Source of the DNA: Vicugna vicugna
Lineage: Eukaryota
Assembly (NCBI GenBank): GCA_013265495.1
Contig: MU058718.1
Span: 868,001-932,000 of the forward strand
Direction of reading: 5' to 3'
DNA length: 64,000 bases
Positions 61,232 to 64,000 of the stretch are shown here, in pieces. The position numbers and the translations under genes are program-made. Position 1 is the first letter of the stretch; each line of letters starts with the position of its first letter. The notes under the pieces are model-generated. The model was not told the origin of the DNA. It made no database searches and was given only the letters and a program-made list of their open reading frames with translations.

Positions 61232-63019
61232 ACTGTATATTGGCAGTTTATGGTCCAGTTTTGTCTTACTGGGTTTTTGGGTGCTGTTCACACCTGCTTG
61301 GAAGTGGCTTGCTTTAGCACCAATAAGGAATCTTTACGCCTGAGAAATAACTGGCTTAGTATAGCTCTGACTTGGGGGGATGTGGTTCAGAGTGTGGCTA
61401 GACGGATCACCGTGGGATTTTAATGCATTCAAAGTTACTTGGAAAATATTTTTTAACAGTGAGATTAGAGAGACATTTATTTACTGTGTAAAAATCATTT
61501 TGGCCCATGGACAAGGAATAGAAGAGGAAAGATGAGATTAAAAAGGAAGTTCATGGTTTGTGGTGGTAGTAAGGGAAATTTTCTCTCTTCTAGCTTCCTT
61601 TATTGCTATTTTAATGCAGTTTTTGCAATAAATTAAAAATAAAGAGAAGCCACTAGTCACTAGATGAGCTTGTTTGGACTTCTGGACAACCACGCTGGCT
61701 TTACCAAGTGTCTTGGATAAGAAAGACTTTCAACATGAATATTTCTTGCCCGAGTCTTGGAAACTTAAACTAGAATCCATGTGAGGTTCATTTAATAGAG
61801 CCCTCTAGGTTTTAAGCATTTTTTCCCATAATTACTTCTGTTTTCTTTATAAGCAGTTTTATGGGGAGTGGAGGGGAGGTATTTTCCTTTACCCCTTCAA
61901 GTGGCTTTGTGCCCAGTTCCCAGGTCATTGTGGATGCACAGAGCGAGATCCAGCCCCTTACACAACTTCAGTTCAGTGGGACATCCAATATTCTGAGGCT
62001 TGTCCTTTCTTTGGGGAGGCACAGGGACAAAGGTTGGGTGATGTGGAGAGCCAGGGCTTTATCAGACCACAGCAAAGAGCAGGAGCTCTCCCACCTCACC
62101 TCTTCTCTGGTGGGGAGGCTGCCGTGCTCACTGGTCAAAGCCGGATGTCACTAATACTGATTTGCGCACACAGACCAAACACCAGACTGTGTTTCTAGCA
62201 CATGACCCTGAGAAGTAGGGATAGGTGGCTCTAATACTTCTCTCTCTAACCACAACTGCAAACCTGACTCCAATATCTTCGGACTGTCATGAGAATTTGC
62301 CCTGAGAAAAATGCTTTCGTTGAAAGGTGTTGTTTCTGATCTCATAGACTACGGCCAGTTGACAAGTTATCTGAGCTAAACTGGCTCAGGGGCCTGGCTT
62401 CCAGATGTGAACTGATAGTTTGGGTTTCCAGTCTCCTCTCACCCACATTTGCCCAATAAGGACTTTTGTTGTTGTTTTTTTAAGGGGAAATAAGTAGCTG
62501 GCTGGTTCTTGGCAAGTATCTGATGTCATTAGGAGGGGACTGCATCTGAAGAGAAGTTTGTTTGTATGAAATAGAGATGCCTACTATTCTATCTAAACTG
62601 CGGCAAGATGATTTTCTGTCTTGGCTCAGTGTAAAGAACCAGTGTAGTTTAGGGCAGAATTTACTAGCAATTGATTATGATATATAGCAGAATTAAAAAG
62701 GCTACCTGGTAAAGCTTCTTTGCCTAAGAGTGGTTGCTTGATACTCTTATCCTCAGTAAGACATTTAATTTTGAGTTGTCTGAAATGTCTTGAAGGTCAG
62801 CTGTGCACTGGAGATGGAGTCCAATTAGACAAGGCATGGGCCTATGTCCTGTAGGAGGGGAGTGATGAGAAGTAGAATGAAAAGCCTGGGTATGGACCCA
62901 GAGTTTTTCATGGGTTCTTTAAACATGCTCACAGACTGTTTTGCTTCAGTACCAGCTTTCCTGCCCTTCTGAGAACTGGAATTTTGTTTGCACATATATA
63001 TGGTCTTCAAGCAGCAGGC

Positions 63020-63236
63020 TGTGTATCATGGTGGAGATCTTGCTAGCTTCAGAGTTGGATGGCCTAGGTTCAAAGCTTTACCTCTAATTGGTCCTGTGAA
63101 CTAACGGCAAGATAATGGACTTTCATGTGCCTTCTTTTCCTGATTTACAAAAGAGGCTACTAACCACTTACCCAGTGGGATTATTGTGATGCCTGAATGA
63201 AACAGCACGTCTAATTATCTTACACTAAGACTGCAT

Positions 63237-63271
<35 letters not shown>

Positions 63272-63333
63272 TTGAAGTATAGTCAGTTTACAATGTGTCG
63301 ATTTCTGGTGTACAGCATAATGTTTCAAGACTG
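63020..63333. mobile_element. MIR (+, ~63020-63200) and short L1 3' end (-, 63234-63326) with (TTTA)n tail
   Basis: L1: attgaagtatagtcagtttacaatgtgtcgatttctggtgtacagc; TSD AAGACTG at 63227-63233 and 63327-63333. Confidence 0.8.
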
Positions 63334-64000
63334 ACTATTTAAATTATCTGATTTAAACTAGATCTTTTCATACCTCACTCTTGTCTCACTTCCTGAACCC
63401 TGAAATACAACAACAACAACAAAAAAATGTGAAATGTGGGAGAGAAGGAGCTAAACCCCAAAGAGAGAGTGTGTGAGGCTAGTGATCAGGAAAGGTGCAC
63501 AACTCAATGTCTCCACTGGGAGAGGATGTACAGTATCAGCCATTTCTGCAAAGTGTCCTTTAACCAGCACAGGCAGAGCTGCGAACTGTTTAAAGGAGCT
63601 CCTTAAACCCACACATCAGATGTGGGAGTCCAATTTCCCTGAGGGTTTCCAGCCATCGCCAGGGCGGAGTCACCGGACAAGTGATCCCCAGACCTGGACT
63701 TTTCTCAGGCCCTGAGTCTCTGACCAAGAACTCCCTTGGGCTCTGCTTTGTAACTGTAGCCGAGCCCCACGCGAGACCAAGTGCATGTGCAAGGACAAGA
63801 CAAAAACATGAAGAGTTGTTTCAAAATCAGAGACAAGTGTAAACTAATATAAAAATAATAGCACTCCCTTGACCTTGTATCTTTGAGGTTTCCAGGGCCT
63901 CAGAGCTCTCTAATGTATTGTTTCATGGTTTAATCTGCCTTGCGTTTCTCTGAATCTAGTGATGCTGGGAGAGCAGGGTACGGGACTCTAGGAACTGAAA

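Overview
Mammalian genomic DNA, most likely camelid (alpaca/camel), judging from three Vic-1-type tRNA-derived SINEs. The only protein-coding gene I can support is a complete, intact 8-exon CDKN3 (KAP dual-specificity phosphatase) on the minus strand. Its CDS exons are 17373-17365, 15020-14938, 13643-13588, 13070-13026, 10643-10421, 6734-6703, 4760-4657 and 3163-3077, giving 639 nt (212 aa) with all GT-AG introns, driven by a CpG-rich NF-Y/CHR/E2F/Sp1 cell-cycle promoter at about 17.1-17.75 kb. A strong + strand poly(A) site at about 1.12 kb is probably the 3' end of the convergent neighbour CNIH1 (synteny inference). From 18 to 64 kb the window is repeat-rich intergenic DNA (L1, L2, MIR, MaLR/ERVL LTRs, hAT/Tigger MITEs), which by recalled synteny points toward the BMP4 gene desert. 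I found no convincing novel multi-gene system. The best leads are a candidate alternative terminal/poison exon in CDKN3 intron 1, an in-frame cryptic donor in exon 2, several L1 insertions with apparent 3' micro-transductions, a solo poly(A) insertion with perfect TSDs, an orphan NRF1 palindrome with splice donors at about 52 kb, and a possible orphan 126-bp exon. Repeat family names come from recalled consensus sequences, not a database search, and repeat boundaries are approximate.
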